This document shows positions 16,480 to 24,154 of a DNA stretch of 32,000 bases, piece by piece (positions within the stretch are counted from its first letter, which is position 1; each line of letters begins with the position of its first letter). The DNA comes from an uncultured Chloroflexia bacterium (lineage in GTDB: Bacteria > Chloroflexota > Anaerolineae > Anaerolineales > Anaerolineaceae), in assembly GCA_963704755.1 (NCBI GenBank), contig OY969938.1:4290001-4322000 (forward strand), written 5' to 3'. Under the pieces are notes generated by a model that saw only the letters and a program-made list of their open reading frames with translations, ran no database searches and was not told the DNA's origin. Position numbers and translations under genes: made by a program.

Positions 16480-17304
16480 CTAGTTATCCGGTACGTAGAA
16501 GATGGCCATATTCCCAAGCACGCCCCAGGAACGCTCGAAGTACTGGTAGGGGATGTCGTAATATTTGCCATTGGTAACGTAGCGGATGTTGTCCGCATCG
16601 TAGCCGGTGAGGATGACCACGTGTTCGTAAGGCGCGACCAGGGTGGTATCGCCTTGCTGGTCGGTATATTCGACCGCGGTACCGCCGACCATGTTGCCGA
16701 TCACCCAGGCGATAACGGGGTGGTCCTGGGCTAACTGTTCTTTCACCTGCTCGCTAGTCAGCCCTTTGTGGGCCTGGGCGGGCAGGCCGTAGGTTTGCAG
16801 CAAAGCAGCCACCGGTCCGGCGTTGACACCGTAAGCGTAAGGGGGGATCTGTCCCCAGGGTCCGTTGACGTCGCCGACGAAGCCTTTGTCCGGGTTGTCC
16901 GAAAGTGGAAGCGCGTATTGGAAATCGTATTCGTTGATTTCAATGCCGAAGAAATTAGCCCAATCTATCGCAGCGCGAGCCTCACACCCCAGGGCAAAAT
17001 ACTGGTGGTCACTGCTTATTCCGCTGATGTGATGCTCGGCCGGCAAAGTTGGCAGGGGCGTGGGAGAGGGCAGCACAATGGTCGCGGTCGCGGTGGGGGT
17101 AAGCGACGCGGTAGCGGTTGGGCCGGGCGTCGCGCTCGAAACAGGCTGGTACGAGACCGCCTGTTGGCTGGCGGTCACCACCGGCGGAAGTGTGGCTAGA
17201 TCGCCGCTTTGTACGCTCTGCTGGCTGCAGGATGCTAGAAGCGACCCGGCCAATAGGAGTAAAACGCAGGCAAATGCCCGCGGGGTGCGGAAAGAGGGAA
17301 TCAT
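16480..17304 (-). CDS. Lipoprotein with a C39-like (Peptidase_C39_2 / BtrH-like) cysteine peptidase domain
   Basis: The signal peptide has the lipobox LLASC, followed by a Pro/Thr linker. The candidate catalytic Cys is in YFALGCEARAA and the candidate His in PYEHVVILTGYD. Confidence 0.75.
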   Translation of the reverse strand: MIPSFRTPRAFACVLLLLAGSLLASCSQQSVQSGDLATLPPVVTASQQAVSYQPVSSATPGPTATASLTPTATATIVLPSPTPLPTLPAEHHISGISSDHQYFALGCEARAAIDWANFFGIEINEYDFQYALPLSDNPDKGFVGDVNGPWGQIPPYAYGVNAGPVAALLQTYGLPAQAHKGLTSEQVKEQLAQDHPVIAWVIGNMVGGTAVEYTDQQGDTTLVAPYEHVVILTGYDADNIRYVTNGKYYDIPYQYFERSWGVLGNMAIFYVPDN

Positions 17305-17465
17305 TGTTTTGTAACGTCAGTCTATAAACGTGGGTGCATTTTTAAGTATGGTGCCTGGATAGGTAAGGGCGAAAACAGCGCTGAATGGAAATTGAAAAAT
17401 GTCGCAATCTTCTTTCAGAAACCCACGCCCGCATAAGCTAAGAATCCCCCCTGCGCCCCCCTTAC

Positions 17466-17620
17466 GAAGGGGGGAAAGAACCACCGGCGAAGGGGGAAAG
17501 AACCACCGGCGAAGGGGGAAAGAACCACCGGCGAAGGGGGAAAGAACCACCGGCGAAGGGGGAAAGAACCACCGGCGAAGGGGGAAAGAACCGCCGGCGA
17601 AGAGGGAAAGAACCGCCGAT
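17466..17620. repeat. Tandem array of about 7 copies of a 22-bp unit gaagggggaaagaaccaccggc
   Basis: Units lie at 17466-17488 (23 bp), 17489-17510, 17511-17532, 17533-17554, 17555-17576, 17577-17598 (a to g change) and 17599-17620 (degenerate). There are no spacers. A ccccccttacgaagggggg hairpin sits at the left edge. Confidence 0.95.
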
Positions 17621-17883
17621 TCTTGCCTTCTTACAGGGAAGGGATTCTTGAACTGGTCAGAGATCCGCAAATCAGATGGCGTGTTTTATTTTTAATTTTC
17701 ACAAAGCACAAGTATAAAGGCCAGTATACCGACAATGAGGTATTTTGAAAACCCGGCGCCGGCTTTCATGAAAATTATAAATGGATGTGTAATATGCTTC
17801 CATCGCCTTATTCTGGCGAGGACGAGGAAATTTTCTTATTTTCTTTTCTCTATATGCTCTATGGTTAGCCTTCTTAACCGGCC

Positions 17884-17917
17884 AATAAGAGCGGCCTCGG
17901 TCTGGAGACCGGGCCGA
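17884..17917 (+). repeat. 34-nt conserved hairpin motif, copy 2
   Basis: Sequence aataagagcggcctcggtctggagaccgggccga. The three differences from copy 1 all preserve or add base pairs. Confidence 0.6.
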
Positions 17918-18177
17918 TCTGGTTTGGGCAATTATTCCTTTAATGAAATTTCTCTTCTTCTTCTTTTCTCTGTGAACTTTGTGTGCTCTGTGGTTTTCTT
18001 TCTTCTCAGTCTTCTCTTTGTCTGCTGCCAGGGACGTGGCAAATGATCAATGACGGTTTTGATGTCTCAAGCCTTTTCGTATTAGTGCGATTAAAACGGT
18101 GGTAACAGAGATGTAATTTTTTTGAAAGGATTGTGTGAAAATCCGTATGTTACCATTGGTTATAAAGGAGATATACA

Positions 18178-19416
18178 ATGCCTCCTATGCATCCGCGAAT
18201 TAAGGGCATCCTGATGGGAGCCCTATGCCTTTTTCTTCTGGCCATGCCCAGCGGGCTGGCCGCCGGGGATGACCCGGAACCGCAAATAAACACACCGGTC
18301 AGCCAACAGCAAAATGACAACACGATCCAGCAGACCGGATGCAGCCGCAGTGATTATGCGCCGGTCAACAGCGACTACGAACAGCAGGTGGCCGAACTGG
18401 TCAACCAGGAACGGGCAGCCAACAGCCAGCCGCCCTTGAAACTGAACAGCGACCTGAGTTACGCGGCCCGCTTTCATGCCCGCGACATGTCGGTCGACAA
18501 TTACGTCTTGCACGATTCCTACGACTGGATCAACGGCACGCTGACCAAAGTCTGTGATTGGTCCACCCGGGTGAACAATTTCTACATCAACTGGTCTTAC
18601 CTGGGTGAGAACATCGCCGCTGGCCAGGCCAATCCGACCGATGTGATGCAGGCCTGGATGAATTCCCCCGAACACAAGGCAAACATTCTCAGCCCCAATT
18701 TTCGCGAATTTGGGGTGGGCTTCTATACCGGCAGTGGAATGTACAGCACGTATTGGGCCCAGGATTTCGGGTCCCGTTCGTCGGTCTATCCCTTGATCAT
18801 CAACGGCGAGGCGGCCGAAACCGACAGCACGACGGTGCAGTTGTATATATACGGGCAGGGCACCTGGAATGAAATGCGCTTGCGCAACGATTCGGATACG
18901 TGGGGAGATTGGCAGTCTTTCAAGAGCCAGCTCTCCTGGCAGCTCGATAATACCGCCGGCCTGCGCACGGTATCGGTGGAACTGCGCAAAACCGGCCAGT
19001 CCACCGGGGCATCCAGCAGCGATACGATTGTGCTGGGCAGCGTGGCGCCGGCCCTCAAAGTGGCGCCCACTTCCTTGAATTTCCTTTACGATCGCTCGAA
19101 ATCCAGGCTGTACCCGGCCGATCATATCACTCTGCTGCCGTCTAATTCTGGCAGTGAGGCAGCTCTGACCTGGCAAATCAGTAAAAATGCCGGGTGGGTA
19201 GTGTTGTCGGCGACCGGTGGCCAGACGCCTTCCGACTCGGTGGACGTCAGCCTGGACCCGGGAATTTTTGCGACGGACGGGATGTACGATGGCACCCTCA
19301 CGGTCACAGTAACTTCGCCGTCGAATACCGCGGGGTCACCGGCCAGCATCCCGGTTCACCTGACCGTGGTGCCTGATTTGCCGTATTCGATTTTCTTGCC
19401 ATCAATCGATGGCTGA
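18178..19416 (+). CDS. Secreted CAP (SCP/PR-1-like) domain protein with a C-terminal BACON-like Ig domain
   Basis: Strong RBS AAGGAG and a signal peptide. CAP motifs are NQERAANSQPPLKLNSDLSYAARFHARDM and GENIAAG...MQAWMNSPEHKANIL...FREFGVGFY. The C-terminal part is LTWQISKNAGWVVLSATGGQTPSDSVDVSLDP...GTLTVTV. Confidence 0.85.
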   Translation: MPPMHPRIKGILMGALCLFLLAMPSGLAAGDDPEPQINTPVSQQQNDNTIQQTGCSRSDYAPVNSDYEQQVAELVNQERAANSQPPLKLNSDLSYAARFHARDMSVDNYVLHDSYDWINGTLTKVCDWSTRVNNFYINWSYLGENIAAGQANPTDVMQAWMNSPEHKANILSPNFREFGVGFYTGSGMYSTYWAQDFGSRSSVYPLIINGEAAETDSTTVQLYIYGQGTWNEMRLRNDSDTWGDWQSFKSQLSWQLDNTAGLRTVSVELRKTGQSTGASSSDTIVLGSVAPALKVAPTSLNFLYDRSKSRLYPADHITLLPSNSGSEAALTWQISKNAGWVVLSATGGQTPSDSVDVSLDPGIFATDGMYDGTLTVTVTSPSNTAGSPASIPVHLTVVPDLPYSIFLPSIDG

Positions 19417-19483
19417 CCGTAAAGCTAGGCCAAGGGCGGCAGGGCACTGCTTAATTCAGGAATACCCATTTGGGGAAGTGACC

Positions 19484-19515
19484 AAATAAAGGCGCCGTCT
19501 CCTGTAGAGACGCCG
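19484..19515 (-). terminator. Weak intrinsic terminator of the LuxR-Kelch gene
   Basis: On the minus strand, the stem cgtctc / gagacg (extended with 1 mismatch) is followed by cctttattt. Confidence 0.45.
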
Positions 19516-19544
19516 AAGTGCTCCGGCCAGGCACAGAATATAGA

Positions 19545-20843
19545 TTAATTGCTCACCGCGGGCAGTTGCACCATGTAGATCGCCTGATAGGAACGGTGGG
19601 CGGTCGAAAAGACCCCATCCTCGACACCGCCAAACAGGTGCAGGTTGGTATCGAAGCCGATCAAAGCCGCGTCGGGGCTGATTGGCTGAGGCGATTGGTC
19701 CACCTGCTCCCAGGTATTGGCCGATTCGTTGAAACGCAGTATGCCGGTTTGCGACTGGCCCTTTGCATCGTATCCCCCGGAAATGTATACCGTTTCGACC
19801 AAAGCGGTGGCTTGCAGCCCTTCGCGCGGGGCGGGTAAGTCGGGTTTGTCCTCCCAGGCCGGGTCGCCAGTTTCTTCGCGGTCCGGGTAATACACCCGCA
19901 CCGTAGATAAAACGTTCGTGCCATCCGTACCCCCAACCAGGTAAATTTTGCTGCCCGAGGTAGCCGCCGCAGCTTTCCCCAGGGCGGAGGGCATATCCTT
20001 CAATTGGGTCCAGTCGTCACTGCCGGGGTTGTATACCCAGACATTGGCCAGGTAGCGCTGGCCATTCCAACCGCCAAAGAGATATAGCCGGCCTTCGAAC
20101 GGGGCCAGTCCGTATTGGCTGACCGGTACAGGCAGTTCGGCGCCGCCGGACCAGGTATCACTGCGTGGGTCATAAATTTCCAGGTGCCTGCTAATGGATC
20201 CGTCAGCCTGGGTGCCTCCTGGGATGTATATCCGTTCACCGATCAAGGCTGCTCTGGCGCCGGTCACCGGGGTAGGTTTGGGCGCACGAGTGGACCAGCT
20301 ATCCAGGAGACTGTCATAGGCCAGCACAGAAGCGGTCAACCCCTGGCTGTCTTTTCCGGAAAAAAGGAAAATGTAGTTATCGTAATGTTCGACCGCCACG
20401 TCGCTGCGACCATCCGGCAGGGCCGCCAGGCTGCTCCAGCGGTTCAGGTTGCTGGCAGTCGGATTGGTGTTGGGGCTGGGCGTGTTGGTGCGGACGAGGG
20501 TGTAAATGATCCCGATGAGTAACAACAGGCCGACCAGGAAAAGCCCGTTGCGTGTGCTGATTTTTGCGTACCAGGGTACCGGCTGGGGAGGAGGTTCTGG
20601 CAGCGGTTCTGGGAGAACGGCTGCACCGGCGCCTTCCGGGTGAATCAGGCCGATTTTAAGCGCGTAAAGGGTTGCCTCCGTCCGCGAAACCACTCCGATC
20701 TTGCTGAAGATATTCCGCAGATGGACTTTTACAGTGTTCGGGCTGATGACGAGTTGCTGGGCGATTTCTTTGTTGCTGGCCCCGGTGGATAACAACTTTA
20801 GAATTTCCAACTCGCGTTCGCTCAGATCAAGATCTCCGGCCAT
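19545..20843 (-). CDS. Membrane-tethered LuxR-family HTH regulator with an extracytoplasmic Kelch beta-propeller
   Basis: The N-terminal part is LSERELEILKLLSTGASNKEIAQQLVISPNTVKVHLRNIFSKIGV (LuxR/FixJ-type HTH). A Pro-rich linker and one TM (LFLVGLLLLIGIIYTLV) follow. Repeated Kelch blades follow (IYIPGG, LYLFGGWNG, IYLVGGTDG, VYISGGYD, LHLFGG). Confidence 0.88.
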   Translation of the reverse strand: MAGDLDLSERELEILKLLSTGASNKEIAQQLVISPNTVKVHLRNIFSKIGVVSRTEATLYALKIGLIHPEGAGAAVLPEPLPEPPPQPVPWYAKISTRNGLFLVGLLLLIGIIYTLVRTNTPSPNTNPTASNLNRWSSLAALPDGRSDVAVEHYDNYIFLFSGKDSQGLTASVLAYDSLLDSWSTRAPKPTPVTGARAALIGERIYIPGGTQADGSISRHLEIYDPRSDTWSGGAELPVPVSQYGLAPFEGRLYLFGGWNGQRYLANVWVYNPGSDDWTQLKDMPSALGKAAAATSGSKIYLVGGTDGTNVLSTVRVYYPDREETGDPAWEDKPDLPAPREGLQATALVETVYISGGYDAKGQSQTGILRFNESANTWEQVDQSPQPISPDAALIGFDTNLHLFGGVEDGVFSTAHRSYQAIYMVQLPAVSN

Positions 20844-20850
20844 GGATTAA

Positions 20851-20880
20851 ATTATAGTCTAGTGGATCGTAATTGAACAA
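20851..20880 (-). promoter_or_regulatory. Possible promoter giving a leaderless or near-leaderless LuxR-Kelch mRNA
   Basis: On the minus strand, TATAAT (20856-20851) lies only 7 nt before the ATG (20843). A TTG-containing -35 (TTGTTC) sits at an 18-nt spacing. No SD sequence precedes the ATG. Confidence 0.35.
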
Positions 20881-20886
20881 CGCAAT

Positions 20887-20964
20887 GAGGTCGTTGAAAA
20901 AGTCACTTGTTGACAAAAGATTGGGGGATATGTGGTGGCACAGCTTCGCCGTGCCACCACATAT
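20887..20964 (-). repeat. Composite repeat copy B: the same box plus hairpin as 5350..5436, inverted
   Basis: gaggtcgttgaaaaagtcacttgttgacaa (box) is followed by the hairpin atatgtggtggcac / gtgccaccacatat with loop agcttcgcc. The outer part of the stem has decayed relative to copy A. Confidence 0.8.
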
Positions 20965-21058
20965 TGCTTTAAGCGGAGGATTTTTTCAAAATCCTCAACG
21001 CAATGATCACGGTTGTTTGGGAAAAGCGAAGCCTCCCCAAACACAAAAATACGCCTTT

Positions 21059-21385
21059 TTAGCCTGGCGGCAGGTTGAATTGCATGGCGCCTACGGTCAA
21101 CACCAGCCCGCCGATTACCAGGACCATAGTGTTGTAGGTAATCCACCACAGGATTTGCGCCTTGCCGGGCGTGGCCCAGGTCATGAAACGGCTATAAAGC
21201 AGCATATCCAACAGGTTTGCCGAGGGGATCGAGGCGATAAACAATCCCAGCAAAATCCCCACTGCACCATTCAGCCAGGGATTGACATTTGCCAGCCAGC
21301 CAAACGAGAAAAGGCAATAAAAAGCCGCCACCCCACACAATAAGCTCATGAACGCTAGTTTGTGTTTGCGTTGCCCTGGGGTCAT
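21059..21385 (-). CDS. Small hypothetical membrane protein (3 predicted TM)
   Basis: 108 aa ORF with hydrophobic helices (LLCGVAAFYCLFSFGWL, AVGILLGLFIASI, MVLVIGGLVLTV). I recognise no family. Confidence 0.55.
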   Translation of the reverse strand: MTPGQRKHKLAFMSLLCGVAAFYCLFSFGWLANVNPWLNGAVGILLGLFIASIPSANLLDMLLYSRFMTWATPGKAQILWWITYNTMVLVIGGLVLTVGAMQFNLPPG

Positions 21386-21483
21386 ACAACACCTGGATCA
21401 AAAAGCAATTCGGAGGAAGCGGACGATTGACCTCTTTTAAATATTGTACATCGCTATGATGAATGGTTTTCTCGCCAAAATGG

Positions 21484-21517
21484 AAAAAATGAATAGCGCG
21501 CGGTTAAGCCGCGCGCT
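21484..21517 (-). terminator. Intrinsic terminator of groES
   Basis: 9-bp GC stem agcgcgcgg / ccgcgcgct with a 5-nt loop. On the minus strand it is followed by attcatttttt. Confidence 0.8.
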
Positions 21518-21541
21518 GGCCATGAAAAATGGCGGTTCGAG

Positions 21542-21817
21542 TCAATTCAACAGGCGGGCCAGGACGTCGCTGCATTCCATCAGCAGAAATTCCTCGCCGT
21601 CCAGCTTGAATTCAGTGCCGGTGTATTTGGCAAACAACACCCGGTCATCCACTTTCAGGCGCACTTCTTCTGAATCGCCGACAGCCATAACTACCCCAGT
21701 TTGCGGTTTTTCTTTGGCGCTTTCGGGGATGTAAAGCCCGGTGGCTGTTTTGGTTTCCTGTTCCAGCGGTTTGATCACCACACGGGTGCCCAGGGGTTGG
21801 ATTTTCAATTCGCTCAT
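21542..21817 (-). CDS. groES: Co-chaperonin GroES (10 kDa)
   Basis: MSELKIQPLGTRVVIKPLEQETKTATGLYIPESAKEKPQTGVVMAVG...DDRVLFAKYTGTEFKLDGEEFLLM. The start ATG at 21817 has the RBS GGAGAAAAG. The ORF track start at 21910 is upstream read-through. Confidence 0.92.
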   Translation of the reverse strand: MSELKIQPLGTRVVIKPLEQETKTATGLYIPESAKEKPQTGVVMAVGDSEEVRLKVDDRVLFAKYTGTEFKLDGEEFLLMECSDVLARLLN

Positions 21818-21878
21818 TCTGCTTTTCTCCTTATAAATTTTCGAAATTTCGCAATTGCTCAGCTGTCCAAAAAGGATC

Positions 21879-21931
21879 GGGTGTTTTTGTAGTTTTCGCG
21901 TACTTCGCACGCGAAAACTACAAAAACACCC
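21879..21931. repeat. 23-bp perfect-stem palindrome (H6) between glutaredoxin and groES
   Basis: gggtgtttttgtagttttcgcgt / acgcgaaaactacaaaaacaccc with loop acttcgc, which matches GCTTCGC at 6 of 7 positions. Confidence 0.9.
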
Positions 21932-22038
21932 CTTTCTTTCAAATGGCCTGAGTGTTTACCAAATTTCTTCCCTTCCCTTTTCGTTCGAGTGATCGGAGGG
22001 ACAGGTACACGGCTATGTAAAATTTCAATAAATAACGA

Positions 22039-22296
22039 TTAATGAATACCCAGGAAACGGTCGATTTTAGGGCGGTCAAACCCGATCACAATGCGGCCGC
22101 CGATATCGATGACCGGTACGCCGCTTTGGCCGGAACGGTGAACCATGTCTCTGGCCGCGGCCTGATCGCGGCTGATATCGACATCCTTGAAGCGGATGCC
22201 CTTTTCACGGAAATAGCGCTTGGCGGCATTGCAATAAGTGCAGCTTGGGGTGCTGAACACGATCACGCGCGGCTGTGGCTTGCTGGTTTCAGGCAT
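22039..22296 (-). CDS. Glutaredoxin-like protein (thioredoxin fold, CxxC)
   Basis: 85 aa. VIVFSTPSCTYCNAAKRYFREKGIRFKDVDI...GVPVIDIGGRIVIGFD. The RBS is GGAG, 8 nt upstream. Confidence 0.85.
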   Translation of the reverse strand: MPETSKPQPRVIVFSTPSCTYCNAAKRYFREKGIRFKDVDISRDQAAARDMVHRSGQSGVPVIDIGGRIVIGFDRPKIDRFLGIH

Positions 22297-22586
22297 ACGA
22301 TTTACTCCAGAAAAAGGTGGGTTAGCCGAACGCGCCAGGTGGCTCGTCCGGGTTTCAATTTTTTAGATGAGAATTTTTGGGGAAGGTTACACGTTTTCAC
22401 CCCTATAATAGTGAATATTTGCGTTTTGGGTCGATTTTAGTTAAACCAATTCGATCCTTTCTGCGTATATAAATCAGATGTGTCCCCAAAAGAAAGCAAT
22501 GTAAAAATCCCGCTATACTGAACGGGTTTCTTTTGGGAATTAACCTTTTGACAAAATTGTCAGGAGAGTCGAGGACGGAGGAAAAA

Positions 22587-23993
22587 ATGACGAAATCATC
22601 CATAGTAATCAAGGGATTACTCGTAGTGATCATTCTGGCTGGATTGGGAGTGGCCCTGGCGCGCCCGGTCCAGGCAGCGGACATCGAACATGGCGGCCAG
22701 GTCGCGGCCGGTGAGACCATCAGCGACGACGTATTCCTGTCCGGTAACAACGTTGAAATGGACGGCACCGTGAACGGCATTTTGTTCGCGGCCGGCAATC
22801 AGGTCGTGATCAACGGGACTGTCAATGGCGATGTGTACGCCTTTGGGCAGAACGTGGTCCTGACCGAAACGGCCAAAGTAGATGGCAACCTGTTCACCGG
22901 AGCGCGGAGCGTCGACGTGCGGGGCAATGTGACCGGAAGTGTCTTTGGCGCCAGCGCTTCGGCTGTGTTGGGCAGCAAGGCGGCCGTTGGCCGCAACTTG
23001 TTCTACGGCGGGTATAGTTTGCAAACCCTGGCCGGGTCGAAGGTCAACACCGACCTGTATGCCGGCGCCTACCAGGTGCTGTTGAGCGGCGATGTGAACC
23101 GTGACCTGAAAGCCAGCGCCGGTGCCGTGGAACTGAACGGGAAAGTGGGTCGAAATGCCGTTTTGGATGTGAGCACTTCCAGTAATAAGGCGCCTTCGGC
23201 ATATACGTTCCCCTTCCAGTACAACATGCCGCCTTCGGTCCAGCCCGGTCTGCGCATTGGCTCCGGCGCAGTCATCAGCGGCGACCTGACCTACACCAGC
23301 CCCAACTCACAATCCAGCTCGATCCTGGCTCAGCCAGAGGGACAGGTGATTTACCAGACCCCGGTGCCTAACCAGAAGGAAATCAATGCGGCCGGGCAGC
23401 CGCGTATCGATGTGCGCATCCCGATCCTGGGGACCATTTTCAAGATGGTCCGCGACCTGATCACACTGCTGGCCCTGGGCGGTCTGGCTTTCTGGCTGAT
23501 CCCGCGGGTCTTCGAGGTTACCGTGGAACAGGCGCGTGTGCGGACATTGCCTTCGGCCGGTGTGGGCGTCCTTTCGGTGCTGGCGGGGTATATCGGCGCT
23601 TTCCTGGTGGCGATCCTCTTGATTGGCGTCGGGCTGCTGCTGACCCTGGTCACACTGGGCGGGTTGAGCAAAGTCATCTTTGGGGTGGGGTTCTCCGGTC
23701 TGGCTCTCTTCATGACCCTCTTCACCCTGCTGGTCACCTACGGCAGTAAGCTGGTCGTTTCCTACCTGGTTGGCAACTTGCTGATGGGCCAACTTGCGCC
23801 AAACGCAAGCAATAAACGCCTGTGGTCTCTGTTGATCGGCGTGGTGATCTATGTCCTGCTGCGGTACATCCCCTTCGTCGGCTGGCTGTTTGGCCTGGTA
23901 GCGACCATCATCGGGTTAGGCGCGATGTGGTATGCCTACCGCACGTTCCGCCGCCGCCCAGCCGAAGTTGAGCCGGTCGCACAGGTATCCTGA
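22587..23993 (+). CDS. Secreted bactofilin-like (beta-helix repeat) domain fused to a C-terminal polytopic membrane domain
   Basis: Starts at ATG 22587 after GGAGGACGGAGG. The signal peptide ends ...ARPVQA/AD. About 10 degenerate repeats follow (GxVxGDVxAxGxxVxL type), then 5-6 TM helices. Confidence 0.75.
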   Translation: MTKSSIVIKGLLVVIILAGLGVALARPVQAADIEHGGQVAAGETISDDVFLSGNNVEMDGTVNGILFAAGNQVVINGTVNGDVYAFGQNVVLTETAKVDGNLFTGARSVDVRGNVTGSVFGASASAVLGSKAAVGRNLFYGGYSLQTLAGSKVNTDLYAGAYQVLLSGDVNRDLKASAGAVELNGKVGRNAVLDVSTSSNKAPSAYTFPFQYNMPPSVQPGLRIGSGAVISGDLTYTSPNSQSSSILAQPEGQVIYQTPVPNQKEINAAGQPRIDVRIPILGTIFKMVRDLITLLALGGLAFWLIPRVFEVTVEQARVRTLPSAGVGVLSVLAGYIGAFLVAILLIGVGLLLTLVTLGGLSKVIFGVGFSGLALFMTLFTLLVTYGSKLVVSYLVGNLLMGQLAPNASNKRLWSLLIGVVIYVLLRYIPFVGWLFGLVATIIGLGAMWYAYRTFRRRPAEVEPVAQVS

Positions 23994-24036
23994 ATGGGCT
24001 TTTTCTTGTAACTCATCAGGCTGCTGTTAGAACGCT

Positions 24037-24072
24037 CCCGAATTTGAGGTGCCATATCACCTCAAATTCGGG
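24037..24072. repeat. 15-bp perfect-stem palindrome of the GAATTTGAGGTG family (H7)
   Basis: cccgaatttgaggtg / cacctcaaattcggg with loop ccatat, 44 nt after the stop of the preceding gene. No T-run follows. Confidence 0.85.
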
Positions 24073-24154
24073 GGATGCTTCACCAGGCTGAGCAGTTACA
24101 ATTTTCTGAGGATTCTTTAACCCGGTCAAACGGTCTGGTGTAAAATTGATATTA

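Noticed and set aside
17466-17620. Could the 22-bp array be a CRISPR array?
   Set aside because: The units are directly abutting with no spacers, they are shorter than typical CRISPR repeats, and no cas genes are nearby. This is a plain tandem repeat.
17317-17670. 117-aa minus-strand ORF with a repeated peptide (FAGGSFPLRRWFFPPSPVVLSP)
   Set aside because: The repeats are simply the translation of the 22-bp tandem array. A 22-nt unit is not a multiple of 3, so the frame rotates. There is no RBS, and the sequence is low-complexity.
17466-17830. Iterons plus an AT-rich stretch as a plasmid or chromosomal replication origin
   Set aside because: I found no rep, dnaA or par gene and no DnaA boxes nearby. 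The surrounding genes are ordinary chromosomal genes. It is kept only as a remote alternative in the finding.
17735-18046. 103-aa ORF in the pyrimidine-rich block
   Set aside because: It is a low-complexity Leu/Phe/Ser/Cys run produced by the T/C-rich strand. It has no RBS and contains the 34-nt hairpin motif. It is more likely non-coding.
21818-22038. CIRCE (HrcA operator) upstream of groES
   Set aside because: I looked for TTAGCACTC-N9-GAGTGCTAA on both strands and found no acceptable match. I also found no sigma32-type CCCCAT -10 element.
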